DNA of 64,000 bases from Eledone cirrhosa (Eukaryota). The notes beneath the pieces were generated by a model. That model did not search any database and was not told the origin of the DNA. It saw only the letters and a program-made list of their open reading frames with translations. The stretch spans positions 341,496,001 to 341,560,000 of the forward strand of contig OZ024740.1 of assembly GCA_964016885.1 (NCBI GenBank), given 5' to 3'. The translations under genes and the position numbers were made by a program. Of the stretch, positions 1 through 14,656 are shown one piece after another. Numbering within the stretch: the stretch's first letter is position 1; every line of letters begins with the position of its first letter.

Positions 1-546
1 AATATGACTGTTATTTCTAGCAGGTTGGGAATCAACCATAAGGGATTCTCTCTGCTCATTCGTTGTCAGTGACGCTCGTGTTTCGCGGCAATCCTCTCCG
101 ATTTGAATGCTGGTTTATGCACACACACACACACACACACTCACACATTTATACTGTAAACCAAACAACCCATCCAATTCTTATCTACCCGTCTTCTCTT
201 ATCTGTTTACCCAGGTGAAGCAGGGTACCTCAGCTAGTTTAATATAAGTTGCATACCTATGAATTTCCTCTGCCCATCTTAAGATTCTTATGCACATGAA
301 GTGTGGCCCTCATATTATAAAGGTTTGCCACTCCTGTTCTATTTAATATTTAGGGCAAGAAATTTAAATTTAACAATCATCATCACCATTCTTCCATGCT
401 TTCATGAGTTGGCTGAGTCTATTCCAGCATAGCTTCTAATCATCTCCTTTATGAAATTCTGTTTCCTGAGAGCAACCTTCACTTTTTTCCAAAATTTCTT
501 CAGTCCTCATCTTCAGAAGTTTTCTTCCACTTGGATTAAATATATA

Positions 547-975
547 ATAATGAAATTATTGTGTACAGTGCTCAGGTGCACTACAACTCATCAAAGGTGC
601 ATATAGGGCACATAGAATAATGTACAAATGCCAGGAAAGTATATGAGTCATGATATACATGTGTATGAAAGAGGAGAATATCAGGTGTAATGTTGGCGAA
701 TTTCAGGAATCATGGAGGTTTTAAAGGATGCAGTGTCCCAACTGATGCAGGTAGTTTCTTCCATGCTTCAGCAACTCTGAGCGTGAAAAAATGTTTCTGA
801 AAGTCATGGGAGCCCTACTGTTTTCTGATTTTGTAAGCATGTCCACAAGTGTTAGACATATGAAATTAAAAAAGGTGCTCAGGGTTGTTGTTGGAAAGAT
901 GGTCAAACTAACTAATTGATTCATAATTAAAAGATAGATTGATGATTTATGTTTAAAGACTGATCTTAGTCTCCA
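547..975 (-). mobile_element. CR1/L2-like LINE 3' end (degenerate); related copies at 2426-2745, 42627-42885 and 62290-62362
   Basis: Minus strand of the copies reads FFTLRVAEAWNKLPASVVSC.DTASFK, a typical CR1-group RT C-terminus. All copies share a 3' UTR ending ...acacaataatttcattatt. Confidence 0.7.
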
Positions 976-1058
976 CATGTATAAATTCTAGCTGTATGTA
1001 CGTACATATATATATGTATGTGTTTATTTTATTCAGTACACATATATGTGTGTATATA

Positions 1059-1255
1059 TGAGGGCTGGCTGGAAAGTTCATAGGCTGATCAAAACACTCC
1101 TAGAATGATGAAATGGGGTTTGTTTTTCAACATAGTTCCTGGAAAAAAAAGCAATGCAGTGATTAATAAGAAGAGTTGAAATAAATGAATGCAAGATTTC
1201 ACAGCTCTAGCATCACTCCTTCATAGTCAGCTATGAACTTTTCAGCCAATTCTCG
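1059..1255. mobile_element. Mariner-like MITE
   Basis: Imperfect TIRs gagggctggctggaaagttcataggctga / tcagctatgaacttttcagccaattctcg, flanked by TA. Confidence 0.65.
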
Positions 1256-1977
1256 TACTGTATATAGTATTGAATGGCCCTGTAACTCCTGAGGAGTTGT
1301 TGGGGTGCCATATTAACATTCGGCATTTGTAGGACATTTTTTAAACCTGGTAGAGCCTATCTACTCTCCATGCCTGAATACAGCAGATTTCTTCAAGAGA
1401 AAGAAAGAGAAAGTGAGAGAAAGGAAGTGAGACAGAGGAAGATTCGACCTCAGTAATTGACTGGTGCTTTTTTTATCGACCATGAATGGATGGAAGGCAA
1501 AGTTGACCTCGGCGGGATTTGAACTCAGAGAGCAGGGAGCTGGGAGCTGAATACTACAAAGCATTCTATCCAACGTTCTGACGACTCTGCTAATTCGCCA
1601 CCATGTATATACTTATGTATAAATCACACCTTTTTTTCACAAAAACAAAAGACAAAAAACCCCCCAAAACATGCAGTCTATCTACTGGAAGTACAAAACC
1701 TTGTACGTGGGTAATGTAGTGAGCCAAGAATGTTGTATGTAACATAGGGGTGTGACTTACAAGTATTCATAGTATATATTGTTTTCTTGGAGAGATATAT
1801 AATATATATAAAAAAGACTTCTATATGAGCCAAGACAGTTCCAGAGACTTAAAAATATGTGAGTTAGTGTATATTTATATGTAGGTGTATGTACTTGCAC
1901 TCATATCCTAAGTGGATATCTCCCTTTAGTACACAAGTGTGTGATAGCATGATTATTCTTTATGTATGCATTTGTGA

Positions 1978-2009
<32 letters not shown>

Positions 2010-2748
2010 TGGTGATGATATATTTATATATATCATCATCATCATCTTAACGTCCACTATTCCTGCTAGGAAGGGTTGGTCGAGTCTATATAGACCAAAT
2101 CAGTACTGAAGTGGGGCTACTGACCTATACACACACAAATACACATACATACACACAAGCAGACATACATTTCAGGAAATTCTGGAGTTCGGAAAGAATG
2201 TGAGTTGCTGCATGTATATATGTGGATACATGTGTGTGGGTTTATTTGTATGAATATCTGCTTGATGTTAGCCTAAATATGTATGTAAATGAAGCACCAG
2301 TATATCTAAATTCATGTGTCCATATTTGGTGTTCAAGTGGTGGTATGTCTATTGACTGCATGCATCTGAGCTTAAGTGTTAGTATGTATGGCATTGGGTG
2401 AGTATATAACTATAAACATCATCATAATAATGAAATTATTGTGTACAGTGCTCAGGTGCACTACAACTCATCAAAGGTGTATCTATAGTACATAGAATAA
2501 TGTACAAATGTAAGGAAAGTGAACAGTTTATGAGTCGTGATATACACACAGATACATGCGTGCATGTGTATGGAGGTGGAATATCAGGTGTAATGTTAGC
2601 GAATTTCAGGAAGCATGAACATTTTGAATGATGCAGTGTCCTGACAGCTAACAACTGATGCAGGTAGTTTGTTCCATGCTTCAGCAACTCTTTTTCCGAA
2701 AGTCATGGGAGCTGTGCTGTCTTCTGACTTTGTAAGCATGTCCATGGG

Positions 2749-2969
2749 CAGTGGCAGACTGGGTCTAAAAAATATTGGTTGCCAGGAGATAAAGGGGCCC
2801 ACCTGCATATAGAATGCTGTCATTTAATTTTTATAATGAATAAATAACATTTTCAAAAAATACATAAGTGGAAACAAAACAGTGCAATCAAATTTTTGCG
2901 GAAAAATATCTTACCTTCTCCAATAAAAAATATGTATCTTGCGAAATCCAGAGACTTTCAATAATGACC
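2749..2969. mobile_element. hAT-like transposon end; second copy at 4041-4260
   Basis: Begins cagtggcagact. About 220 bp is repeated nearly identically 1.3 kb downstream. Confidence 0.45.
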
Positions 2970-3425
2970 AGAAGTCGACCCTAAATATTACTAATAGCTC
3001 TATGAAAGCCATGAATGACACCACATCTTTTTAACTTTGATTTTGAAAGTAGGTTTATAATTATCCATTTTCATTATACATTTGTAGCTGTCTCGGTGTC
3101 CTAGTTGGAGGAATTATAGACGGTGGCGATCCTGGTCTGAAGTTCGATCCTGGTCGGGAGTAGGGTTCCCGGTAAACTTTTTCAGTTTTTTTCTATTGTT
3201 TGTAAAATAAAACCTGAAAAAAGTTACACATACCTCTTGACCAGGATTGAACCCACGACCAGGATCTCCACCTTTTCTAGTACCCACCACTAGGCCACAG
3301 AGACAACTATGAAAAACCTAAGAAAATTCATACTTATAAATCTACTTTCAAAATTTTCAAAACAAAGTGTTGTGGTGTGCTTCATATCTTTCTTAATGTT
3401 ATTGCTCCTCCTTAAGGTGACTTCT
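2970..3425. mobile_element. Degenerate palindromic MITE-like element with two convergent tRNA-like modules
   Basis: Ends agaagtcgaccctaa / ttaaggtgacttct. Each arm has an A-box, a B-box (gttcgatcc at 3142; gggttcaatcc on minus near 3245) and a T-run. Confidence 0.55.
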
Positions 3426-3682
3426 AAATCATTTGGGTGTTCCATAAACTACATCCTCGTTTTGTTTCACATCTATCTAGACTAAATTTTAACCTGTATT
3501 CCATGTTTCATTTCTGTTCCACCTCATTCCCCCCCACCTCTCTCTCTCTCTCTTTCTCCCTGTGATATTTGAATCTACTATGATTTGGGTTTACCTTATT
3601 CCTATTTATATGTTTTTGCATGTCAGTTAGATTCAAACTTACAATGATTGGCATTATATATATATATATATGGAGGCACATG

Positions 3683-4020
3683 GAGGCACATGGCTTAGTG
3701 GTTAGAGCATTGGCCTTGCAATCGAAAGGTTGTGAGCTCAATTCTCAGGCCGGGTGATGTGTTGTTTCCTTGAGCAAGACACTTTATTTCACATTGCTCC
3801 AGTTTACTCAGCTGTAGAAATGAGATGATAGGGACTAGGGTCCCTATCATTCCACTGCAAAGTGGTCGTGGAGGTGCCACGGCAAAAAAGCACCCAGCAC
3901 TCACTGTAAATGAGGTTGGTGTTAGGAAGGGCATCCAGCTGTAGAAATCAAGCCAGAATCAGTTCCCGTCCCACCCTTGCAAGCAGGGAAAAAGTGGACA
4001 TAAAATGAAATGATGAAATG
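3683..4020 (+). mobile_element. tRNA-derived SINE with CORE-like body and RTE-like 3' tail; near-identical copy at 17493-17840
   Basis: A box tggcttagtgg, B box gag(c/t)tcaattc, body ccttgagcaagacactttatttcac. Tail ggttggtgttaggaagggcatccag is shared with the local RTE LINE. Confidence 0.8.
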
Positions 4021-4282
4021 AATATATATATATATATACACAGTGGCAGACTAGGTCTAAAAATATTGGTTGCCAGATGAAGGGGGAGCCCACCTAGATT
4101 TAGAATGCTATCATTTAATTTTTATAATGAATAAATAACATTTTCAAAAAATACATAAGTGGAAACAAAACAGTGCAATCAATTTTTTGCGGAAAAATAT
4201 CTTACCTTCTCCAATAAAAAAAATATATTTTGCGAAATCCAGAGACTTTCAATAATGACCTTTGGTCTTTCACACTCACTCA

Positions 4283-4362
<80 letters not shown>

Positions 4363-5212
4363 ATACACCACCACTAATTGATTTGACAGATCTCTTTAAC
4401 CCATTGAAACCAAATATTATTTGGTCAGTAGTTCATGTGTCAGTCATCATCATCATCATCATCAACGTTTAACGTCCGTGTTCCACGCTTGCATGGGTTT
4501 GGACGGGGGTAGTCCCACTTGAGGCAAGAGTGATTGTCTTGCTCGCATAGGACTGTCTGGCAGGTTTTCTACAGTTGGATGCCCTTCCTAACACCAACCA
4601 CATTTACAGTGTGGGTCTGGGAGGTTTTTACCGTGTTGCCTACACGGCCACATTACAGCGTGGACTGTGTGTTTTTTGTTGTGACACCTACACGATCTCA
4701 TTTGTTTCGGCCTGGATGGTGTGGCACATATATATATATATATGCTGGTGTGTCTGTGTCTATATATTGCATGCATGATGAAAACACTAAGCTTTAGATT
4801 TAGTAGAATGTACAACCACTGATTCCAGCTATTTGTACTATATTTTGGTTTCTAGTAATTCCCTGGGGAATTGGTTGATCAAATGCTTTGCTTAATTGTT
4901 TTATTTATTTTAAAAAAAAATTTATTCTTTCTCTTAGACTTCAGGTATTTTTTGAAAGCAAAGCATTGGCCCCTAAAATACTACAGTGGACCCTGCACTG
5001 CTACTGTGGGCCCTTTGCGATGCTACTGTGGACCTGCAATGCTACTGTGGGCCCTTTGCGATGCTACTGTGGACCTGCAATGCTACTGTGTGTTTGTATG
5101 TACATGCCAGTTTTAAGTTAACTAACTGTAAAAATGTGTGTCTGCATGTTGAAGATATTCTAGTAGTGGCTATTTCATCTTTTTAAATTATCAGGGTCTG
5201 CATTGTCTAATG

Positions 5213-5402
5213 CAGGGTTTCCCAAACATTTTCAAACATGGAACCCTTTTTGGTTCAGAACCTTTTGGGAAACCCCAAAGTTTAATACTGTTTTATGGTC
5301 GTAATATAAATGTATTCCTCTACTTTTTTTCATGGAACCGCAGACACTGACAATCAGTTGTGGAACCCTTGAGTTCCGTGGAACCCACTTTGGGAACCAC
5401 TG
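5213..5402. mobile_element. hAT (Charlie/MER5-like) MITE
   Basis: TIRs cagggtttcccaaa / tttgggaaccactg with a perfect 8-bp TSD gtctaatg (5205-5212 and 5403-5410). Confidence 0.85.
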
Positions 5403-5754
5403 GTCTAATGTGTCGAGTTGAATGGGGTTTGAAGAGGATTTAGCTGCCATTTCTTGCAGGTTGAGGGAGCTCATAGAACAGGGGTTCTCAACCTGGGGTA
5501 AATTTATCCCCATCAGGTAAATTTCACCTACTCAGGAAAGAAACTTGCTAATTCTAGACATGTACAATTTTTTTCAATTATATTCATTAAACATTTGAAG
5601 ACAGCTTATTTTGTCTATTAAAACGCTAGTCTGTTTTCTCTCTACCATCTTGGACTTACTATATATACTTGAATATAAGCTGACCCCACTATTTTATGTG
5701 TGAGAAATTTGGCAAAAATCCAAACCGTATTTTCACCAACGCGAACGGCAAAAC

Positions 5755-6450
5755 ATAAATGAACTAAGTGAGAAATTAGGAATAAGAGGGATCAGATGCT
5801 GTTTACTTGAGAGAAGACTACGTTGGTATGGTCACGTGATGAGCATGAAAGATGACAGCTGTATAAAAAAGTGCAGGGCAATCAAAATTGAAGGAAGTTA
5901 CGGAGTAGGTAGACCCAGAAAAACCTGGGATGATTTGATAAATTTTGACCTTACACACTTGCACCTCTCTAAGACAATGTCACTGGACCAAGATCTTTGG
6001 CACCATGCAGTAATACAGAAGACCTGCCGTGCCTATGTACAAAGTGAAACCTACAGTCAGTAGGCACCTCTTAACCAAATATTCACCCCAACCCACTACC
6101 CCTATTTCATCCCCCCCCCACTCCCACCAACACCACCCTTTCTCTGTAAAGTTATGTTTGTACCACAACATCCACTCCAAACTTATGAGGTTGTGTAGGT
6201 GTCATGACAAAAAAAAACAGTCCACGCTGTAATGTGGTCATGTAGGTAACACAGTAAAAAGCTCCCAGTCCACACTGTAAATGTGGTTGGTGTTAGGAAG
6301 GGCATCCAGGCATAGAAAACCTACCAGACAGTCCTATATGAGTGAGACTCGGTCACCCGACCAATCTTGCCTCACGTGGGACAATTCCCGTCTAATCCAT
6401 GCTAGCATGGAAGATAGATGTTAAACGATGATGATGATGATGATGATAAT
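5755..6450 (+). mobile_element. RTE-clade LINE 3' end with (GAT)n tail; shorter 3' pieces on minus at 4445-4725, 7633-7790 and 63750-64000
   Basis: Reads RRLRWYGHVMSMKDDSCIKKC...GVGRPRKTW. Same family as 25365-26535. Confidence 0.85.
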
Positions 6451-6681
6451 GATTTCCACACTAGCTTGGATTAGATTTGAGGCAAGTTGAGGTCAGATGA
6501 CCATGTCTTGCTCATACAGAACTGATTTTGGCTTGGTTTCTATGGCTGGATGCCTTTCCTAATGCCACAACATTTACAGTAAGTACTGGGTACTGGGTGC
6601 TTTTTATTGTGATACCTACATGACCAGTTTACTGAGTGGGCTGGGTGCTTTTTGTTATTAGCATACACACACACTATATAT

Positions 6682-6757
<76 letters not shown>

Positions 6758-7589
6758 GCACATACAATCACACACTGTGTATACAGAAGAAATATATTGT
6801 GAATTCAAATCCTACCAAAGTTAACTTTACCTTTATAATAAGTATCAGTTAAATACTGGGCAATTCATATTCCTATAAAACATCATGGATATTAATAAGA
6901 TTATCATAGAAGTGTATGATTAAAGATGTTTTTGTTGCTGTTTAGCCTTAGGTTATCCACTAGCCAGAGGACCCATGATCAAACCAACCATGACCATTTG
7001 GCTTCTGTGACGATCATTATTTTAGACTCAATCCTGCCAAGGTGAACTTTACCTTTCATCCTTACAAGGTCGATAAAATAAAGTACCAGTGATGCAATGA
7101 TGTCGATTTAATCGACTTTCACTTTCCCCTAAAATTGTTGGCCTTGTGCCTAAAATCAGAAATCATTATTTTAGACAATCCGTTATTGTCCAATGTGTCC
7201 TTCTTATTTCATGATGGCAAGGCAGGATTTTTGTTGAGATTTGGCTGTTACTTCTAGTAGATAAAGAAACTATGTAATGACTCCCTTATTTGTTTCCTTC
7301 TTGACAATGTGGATCTATGTGTGATGATGAAAGAAAGAATGAGAGGAAAGAGGGAGAGATGCTAGTGTTGCTTGGATGAAGAGTTGAGAGAGAGGGAGAG
7401 AAAGATAAGGAGGAGGGGTTGTTGAGAGGGGAAGAGTAGAGGAAGAAGTGAAAGTGAGAAGAAGGCAAATAAAATAAAAAAAAAAGACAGGAATGATTAA
7501 AAGAACAAAGAAAGTGATAGAGATATGTAGAGGATGGAGAAATGGGAGTAAGAAGTAGAAAGTATGATGGGGAAGAGATATAGAAATTG

Positions 7590-7635
<46 letters not shown>

Positions 7636-7830
7636 TCATCATCATCATCATCATCATCGTTTAACACCCGTGTTCGATGCTTGCATGGGTTTGGACGGGA
7701 GTTTTCCCACTTGAGGCAAGAGTGGTTGTCTTGCTCGCATAGGACTGTCTGGCGGGTTTTCTACAGTACAGTTGGATGCCCTTCCTAACATATATCTATA
7801 TATCTATATATATATCTATATATCTATATA

Positions 7831-7966
<136 letters not shown>

Positions 7967-8160
7967 GATAAATCTACCAAAAGTTTACGGTAGTGTCCAA
8001 TCCGTATGAAGAACTCAATGTAATCCGGATATCATGGAAAGAAGAGATGCATTCAAAAATCACTTTCGGTGAAAGATAAACGGAATACAGAGTCAAGATA
8101 AAATGTTAAAAAAATAATGAATAAAACAATGAAACAGTTCCTTATATTAAACAAAAAAAG

Positions 8161-8354
8161 TTCATTATTTAACGATCGTTTCTAGGACATATATGTGTTA
8201 GAATTGGCATGCATATTCAACAGATTTATGTACAAAATTATACAAAATTATACAAACTATCAAATATAATATACAAAATTATAAAAAATTATACAAACTA
8301 TCAAATATAATATACATACCAACACATACATATGCCGTCTTCAGAAATAATGAA
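8161..8354 (-). ncRNA. Type I hammerhead ribozyme motif with ~155-nt stem II (left-arm copy)
   Basis: Mirror of 17164-17326 with a net 31-nt expansion inside stem II. Confidence 0.7.
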
Positions 8355-8702
8355 ATATATTTATTGATAATAACAACAATTCAAAATTACAGGTCTGTTT
8401 GGGAACAGAGTTCAAATTGACCAATGAAATACACAAAAATATATCAAGAAAATACAGTTAGGTGTGTGTATATATGTAAGTAACCTCGTTCACAGATATG
8501 CATAAAAATATATGTTCACATGCATACGCATGTCGAAAAAATGTATGTAAATACAAAAATTCAGGGCTAATGTCTCTGTATGTTTATAATCTACAGACAA
8601 AATACACATACGTATATAAACATATATACACTCATATATACACACATATACATACATTTATACACATACGCGCATATACACATAAACATACACATACCCA
8701 CG

Positions 8703-8781
<79 letters not shown>

Positions 8782-9017
8782 GTATATATTATTATTATAA
8801 CTATATGGATATTAAGGCGCACACATAAACACTGCCACATATATTTACATCTAGATGCAGTAGGTAAAGTAGGTAAAGGGGGTCAGTAATTACTGAGGGT
8901 GTCAGACAACTGCCTATTTATAAAATGTATCTATAAATTTAGAAATAAAAAGAAATATATTAAAAAGAAATAAACAAGTAAAATATACACTCATACATAA
9001 AATACACACCGATATAC

Positions 9018-9065
<48 letters not shown>

Positions 9066-9475
9066 ATATACACACATATATATAGAGACATATACATATA
9101 CATATATAAATACATAGACACACATACATACACTCATATATATATACATATACTCACAACACATATATATATATATACACATATATGTACATACACATAC
9201 ACATACATACATATACATATATATATACACACATACATATACATACATATATACACACGCATATATATATACACATACACGCAGATATATATACACACAT
9301 ACATATACGCACATATACATACACATACACATATCCATGTATATATATACACATACAACCACACGCTCACACACAACTCAGACATACATAAATAAAGAGA
9401 TATACATACACACATATATATATATATATAGATATATACATACACATAAATATATATATACACACACATACACAT

Positions 9476-9545
<70 letters not shown>

Positions 9546-9619
9546 ACACACAGTCAGATAATTATGCACACATATATATATACACATACACACATCTCTA
9601 CAAATATATATACACACAT

Positions 9620-9652
<33 letters not shown>

Positions 9653-10894
9653 CACATATATATGCATAAATAGATAGACATACATATACATATATATATA
9701 TCTATATATATACAATCATATATATATATATCTATATATATATATATCTATATATATACAATCATACACACTTATTTACATGCGCACATATGTATTTTTA
9801 TACTCACATACAAACACCCAAACATACATACATACTTACATACACATACATACATCCACGCTTACAAATACGAATAATTATAGGGGGGGGGATTAAAATT
9901 ATTAGTGGGAAATAGTAAATATAGGTTTCAAGGAACATAGAATATTAATCTGCATTTAGATCATAATATGTGTTTACATAGTAGTTTCAGTATTAGGAAA
10001 TGTAAGAAAGAAGGCAAAATTATGCATTTTAATATAAGTAGACTATTAATTATAGGTTAACTAAATTAAAAATAGTTAATATATTGATTTCTAAGGTGTA
10101 TACCACTTAGGTTTATAATATTTAAAGCGGAATTTTGAAGTTAAACAGTAGTAGAGTATTAATTATAGCATAACTAAATTAAAAATATTAACATTATGGT
10201 ATCAATTTTAGGAAATGAATTTAGTAATAGGGAAAACCAAATCAAGTATTTCATCGGTAGTAGAATATAAATTATAGGTTAACTAAATTAAAAATTATAT
10301 ATTAATTTCTATAGTATATGTTAATTAGGTTTATAATAATTAAAGCAGATTTTGTATTTTATCTATAGTAGAATATAATTATAGGTTAACAAAAATTAAG
10401 ATTAATATATATATATATATATATTTAATTGTAAAGAATATATTAATATATTAATTAGGTATATATTTAAAAGTTTATCTCAGTTTATGATTATATGATA
10501 TTCTGCAATCCATCTGTATTAGAATTTTAATTTTAAGCTAACTAAATTAAAATTATAGGTTAACTAAATTAAAATTAATTTATAAATAAATTTCTAAATT
10601 GTACATTAATTAGGTTTATAATATTAAAAAGTATTTCTCTGTTATTGATTACACGATATTTTGTTATATTTCATCTGTAAAGGAATTTTAATAAAAGGTT
10701 AAATAAACTAAAATTAATCTATAAATTAATTTACAAAGTATATATTAATTATGTTAATAATATTTAAAGTTTTTCACAATTTATGATTACACAATATTTT
10801 TTAATCTCATCTGTAGTAGAATTTTAATTAAATTAAAGTTATAGGTTAACTACATTTAAATTAAATTATATATTAATTTCTAAAATATATATTA

Positions 10895-12772
10895 TTAATT
10901 AGGTTTATAATATTTAAATGTTTTTCTCAGTTTATGATTACACGATATAATTAATTCCTGTCGCTTATTTAATAGGATATCCTTAGATTTCATTATTTCA
11001 AATAGTTCTTGGGAACATAATCTACATTCATTTCTATTATTTTGATAAGGGGTGGCTCTTTTGAGCACACTCCAGGTCATATCATATTCTATATTCTTTT
11101 TTCTATAACTATTAATTTTTTCTGCTAGAGATGTTGTATTAGCCAGTGCGGTATTTTTAAAACTATGTTTGTGGGTATTAAACCTTACCTTAAAATTGTT
11201 AGAAGTAGCTCCTATATATGAGCAAATAGAATCTTTAGTTTTAACTTTACATTTATAAACTATGTTGTTAACAAGACAATTTCCTTTTAATGGGCAGTTT
11301 GCTTTGTTTCTACAGTTACAACCTTTCGTTAATTCTGTATTTGAGGAGATATTATAGTTAGTTTGATGTATTGGTGGTATACTTATGGTTTTTTTACATT
11401 TATATGCATTATAGGCACTTATATTTTGTTTTATGTTTTTGGTTGTTGAGTATGAGAATTTAACTGTTGATCTATTTAAGATTTGATGGTATTTGTGGTT
11501 TGGCGGGAAGTTTTTCTCTAGGATATAAAACAATTTTTTAGCAATATTATCCTTAATTTGTAAATTAAATGGAGCATTATACCAAGTAACTCGTCTATTA
11601 CGGTTTCTATGTTGTTTATTATTTTTATAGGTTGCATCGTGATGTTTACTAGGAGGATTAATGTTAATGACCTCACCACGCACATTTTTAGTTAGATTTA
11701 TTGATTTAGGTGTTTTATCTTGTTTATTAGGAGTTTTATTATTAACATTTATTAGAGTTGTATGATGAGTAGTTTTTTGAGAGTTACTATACTTTATATT
11801 AGAGGAGTTGTTGGTATTTTGGGGTATAGTGTGAGTGGCGTTTAGGTGTGTACTTTTCATTTGGTGTTTGTTGGTAATATTAGGTTGTATGTTTATAGTA
11901 GTTTTAGTAGAAGGTATATATTCTAATCTATTTTTGTGGCCACTTCTATCTAGAGCTTCGTTATAGAAGGTCGCATTTTTATCAAATACATCTTGGTTAG
12001 ACGAAAGGTTAGAAATTCTAAGTGATATATTATATGCAAGGTTTTTAAGGATAGATTTAGGGTGATCAGATTGTGAGTGTATGTAGTGTAAGTTTTGGTT
12101 GGGTTTATGGTAAGGTTGGTAGATACCCGTAGCTAAGTCTAAAGTTATATCTAGGAAATTAACTACTTTACTTGTGTTTTCAAAAGTAATATGAAGACTA
12201 TAATAGTCTTTAAGGAAAGTTCTAATAAGCTTTTTGTTTTTTTCTATTTCTGAGAGGCTAAGGTTGTTGGAAAGAAGAAGACAGTCATCACGATATAAAC
12301 CACCTTTAAGGTGGGGAAAGGAAGCATTTATGTTGAAAAGAAGAAAGAGGCCCACAAGATCAGTAATTTGGGCAGAATCGCTTGAACCCATAGTAATATC
12401 AAATAGATTACTATATGTGTTTCTGGTCCAGTATTCATTCTGAAATTCAATAAGTGTTAGTCTAGCATGTGTAATAATATTAATGTCATCCAAAGTTAAG
12501 TTAGATCTATTTTTAGCAAATATCAAAGCTTTGTTCAGGAGTATAGGTGATATAGAAGAATAGTAATTATCTATATCAAATTGTAGAAATGAAGCAGAAG
12601 ATTTACACCTAATATTTTTAAACCAGTTAATTACCTGGGAAGTGTTTTCCCAGAGTGGTAAATTAACATGTTTTCTTATTTGTGGGATGACTCTATCCAA
12701 AATTTTTTTGCTAATTATTCCAATATCAGATTTGGAGGGACATATAAGTCTTATAGAAGGATTTGAGTTAAA
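10895..12772 (-). pseudogene. PLE reverse transcriptase + C-terminal GIY-YIG endonuclease; open frame but N-terminally truncated (probably Hydra clade)
   Basis: RT motifs FLQFDIDNYY, MGSSDS, GLYRDD, FLDITL; linker CNCRNKANCPLKGNC; IVYKC...YIGATSNNFKVRFNTH; CRLC...LNKRQE...CNH. The frame runs to the palindrome centre with no start ATG. Confidence 0.92.
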
Positions 12773-12778
12773 GTTTTA

Positions 12779-14656
12779 TTTAACTCAAATCCTTCTATAA
12801 GACTTATATGTCCCTCCAAATCTGATATTGGAATAATTAGCAAAAAAATTTTGGATAGAGTCATCCCACAAATAAGAAAACATGTTAATTTACCACTCTG
12901 GGAAAACACTTCCCAGGTAATTAACTGGTTTAAAAATATTAGGTGTAAATCTTCTGCTTCATTTCTACAATTTGATATAGATAATTACTATTCTTCTATA
13001 TCACCTATACTCCTGAACAAAGCTTTGATATTTGCTAAAAATAGATCTAACTTAACTTTGGATGACATTAATATTATTACACATGCTAGACTAACACTTA
13101 TTGAATTTCAGAATGAATACTGGACCAGAAACACATATAGTAATCTATTTGATATTACTATGGGTTCAAGCGATTCTGCCCAAATTACTGATCTTGTGGG
13201 CCTCTTTCTTCTTTTCAACATAAATGCTTCCTTTCCCCACCTTAAAGGTGGTTTATATCGTGATGACTGTCTTCTTCTTTCCAACAACCTTAGCCTCTCA
13301 GAAATAGAAAAAAACAAAAAGCTTATTAGAACTTTCCTTAAAGACTATTATAGTCTTCATATTACTTTTGAAAACACAAGTAAAGTAGTTAATTTCCTAG
13401 ATATAACTTTAGACTTAGCTACGGGTATCTACCAACCTTACCATAAACCCAACCAAAACTTACATTACATACACTCACAATCTAATCACCCTAAATCTAT
13501 CCTTAAAAACCTTGCATATAATATATCACTTAGAATTTCTAACCTTTCGTCTAACCAAGATGTATTTGATAAAAATGCGACCTTCTATAACGAAGCTCTA
13601 GATAGAAGTGGCCACAAAAATAGATTAGAATATATACCTTCTACTAAAACTACTATAAACATACAACCTAATATTACCAACAAACACCAAATGAAAAGTA
13701 CACACCTAAACGCCACTCACACTATACCCCAAAATACCAACAACTCCTCTAATATAAAGTATAGTAACTCTCAAAAAACTACTCATCATACAACTCTAAT
13801 AAATGTTAATAATAAAACTCCTAATAAACAAGATAAAACACCTAAATCAATAAATCTAACTAAAAATGTGCGTGGTGAGGTCATTAACATTAATCCTCCT
13901 AGTAAACATCACGATGCAACCTATAAAAATAATAAACAACATAGAAACCGTAATAGACGAGTTACTTGGTATAATGCTCCATTTAATTTACAAATTAAGG
14001 ATAATATTGCTAAAAAATTGTTTTATATCCTAGAGAAAAACTTCCCGCCAAACCACAAATACCATCAAATCTTAAATAGATCAACAGTTAAATTCTCATA
14101 CTCAACAACCAAAAACATAAAACAAAATATAAATGCCTATAATGCATATAAATGTAAAAAAACCATAAGTATACCACCAATACATCAAACTAACCATAAT
14201 ATCTCCTCAAATACAGAATTAACGAAAGGTTGTAACTGTAGAAACAAAGCAAACTGCCCATTAAAAGGAAATTGTCTTGTTAACAACATAGTTTATAAAT
14301 GTAAAGTTAAAACTAAAGATTCTATTTGCTCATATATAGGAGCTACTTCTAACAATTTTAAGGTAAGGTTTAATACCCACAAACATAGTTTTAAAAATAC
14401 CGCACTGGCTAATACAACATCTCTAGCAGAAAAAATTAATAGTTATAGAAAAAAGAATATAGAATATGATATGACCTGGAGTGTGCTCAAAAGAGCCACC
14501 CCTTATCAAAATAATAGAAATGAATGTAGATTATGTTCCCAAGAACTATTTGAAATAATGAAATCTAAGGATATCCTATTAAATAAGCGACAGGAATTAA
14601 TTATATCGTGTAATCATAAACTGAGAAAAACATTTAAATATTATAAACCTAATTAA
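12779..14656 (+). pseudogene. PLE RT + GIY-YIG ORF, right-arm copy (3 aa differences from the left arm)
   Basis: Same motifs. The frame starts FNSNPSIRLICPSKSDIG at the centre; the track's M is a TTG. Confidence 0.92.

Noticed and set aside
3683-3760. Genuine tRNA genes at SINE heads
   Set aside because: They continue into SINE bodies and tails and lack a clean cloverleaf.
12234-13317. Paired 69-aa ORFs
   Set aside because: Antisense shadows of the RT region, duplicated only because of the palindrome.
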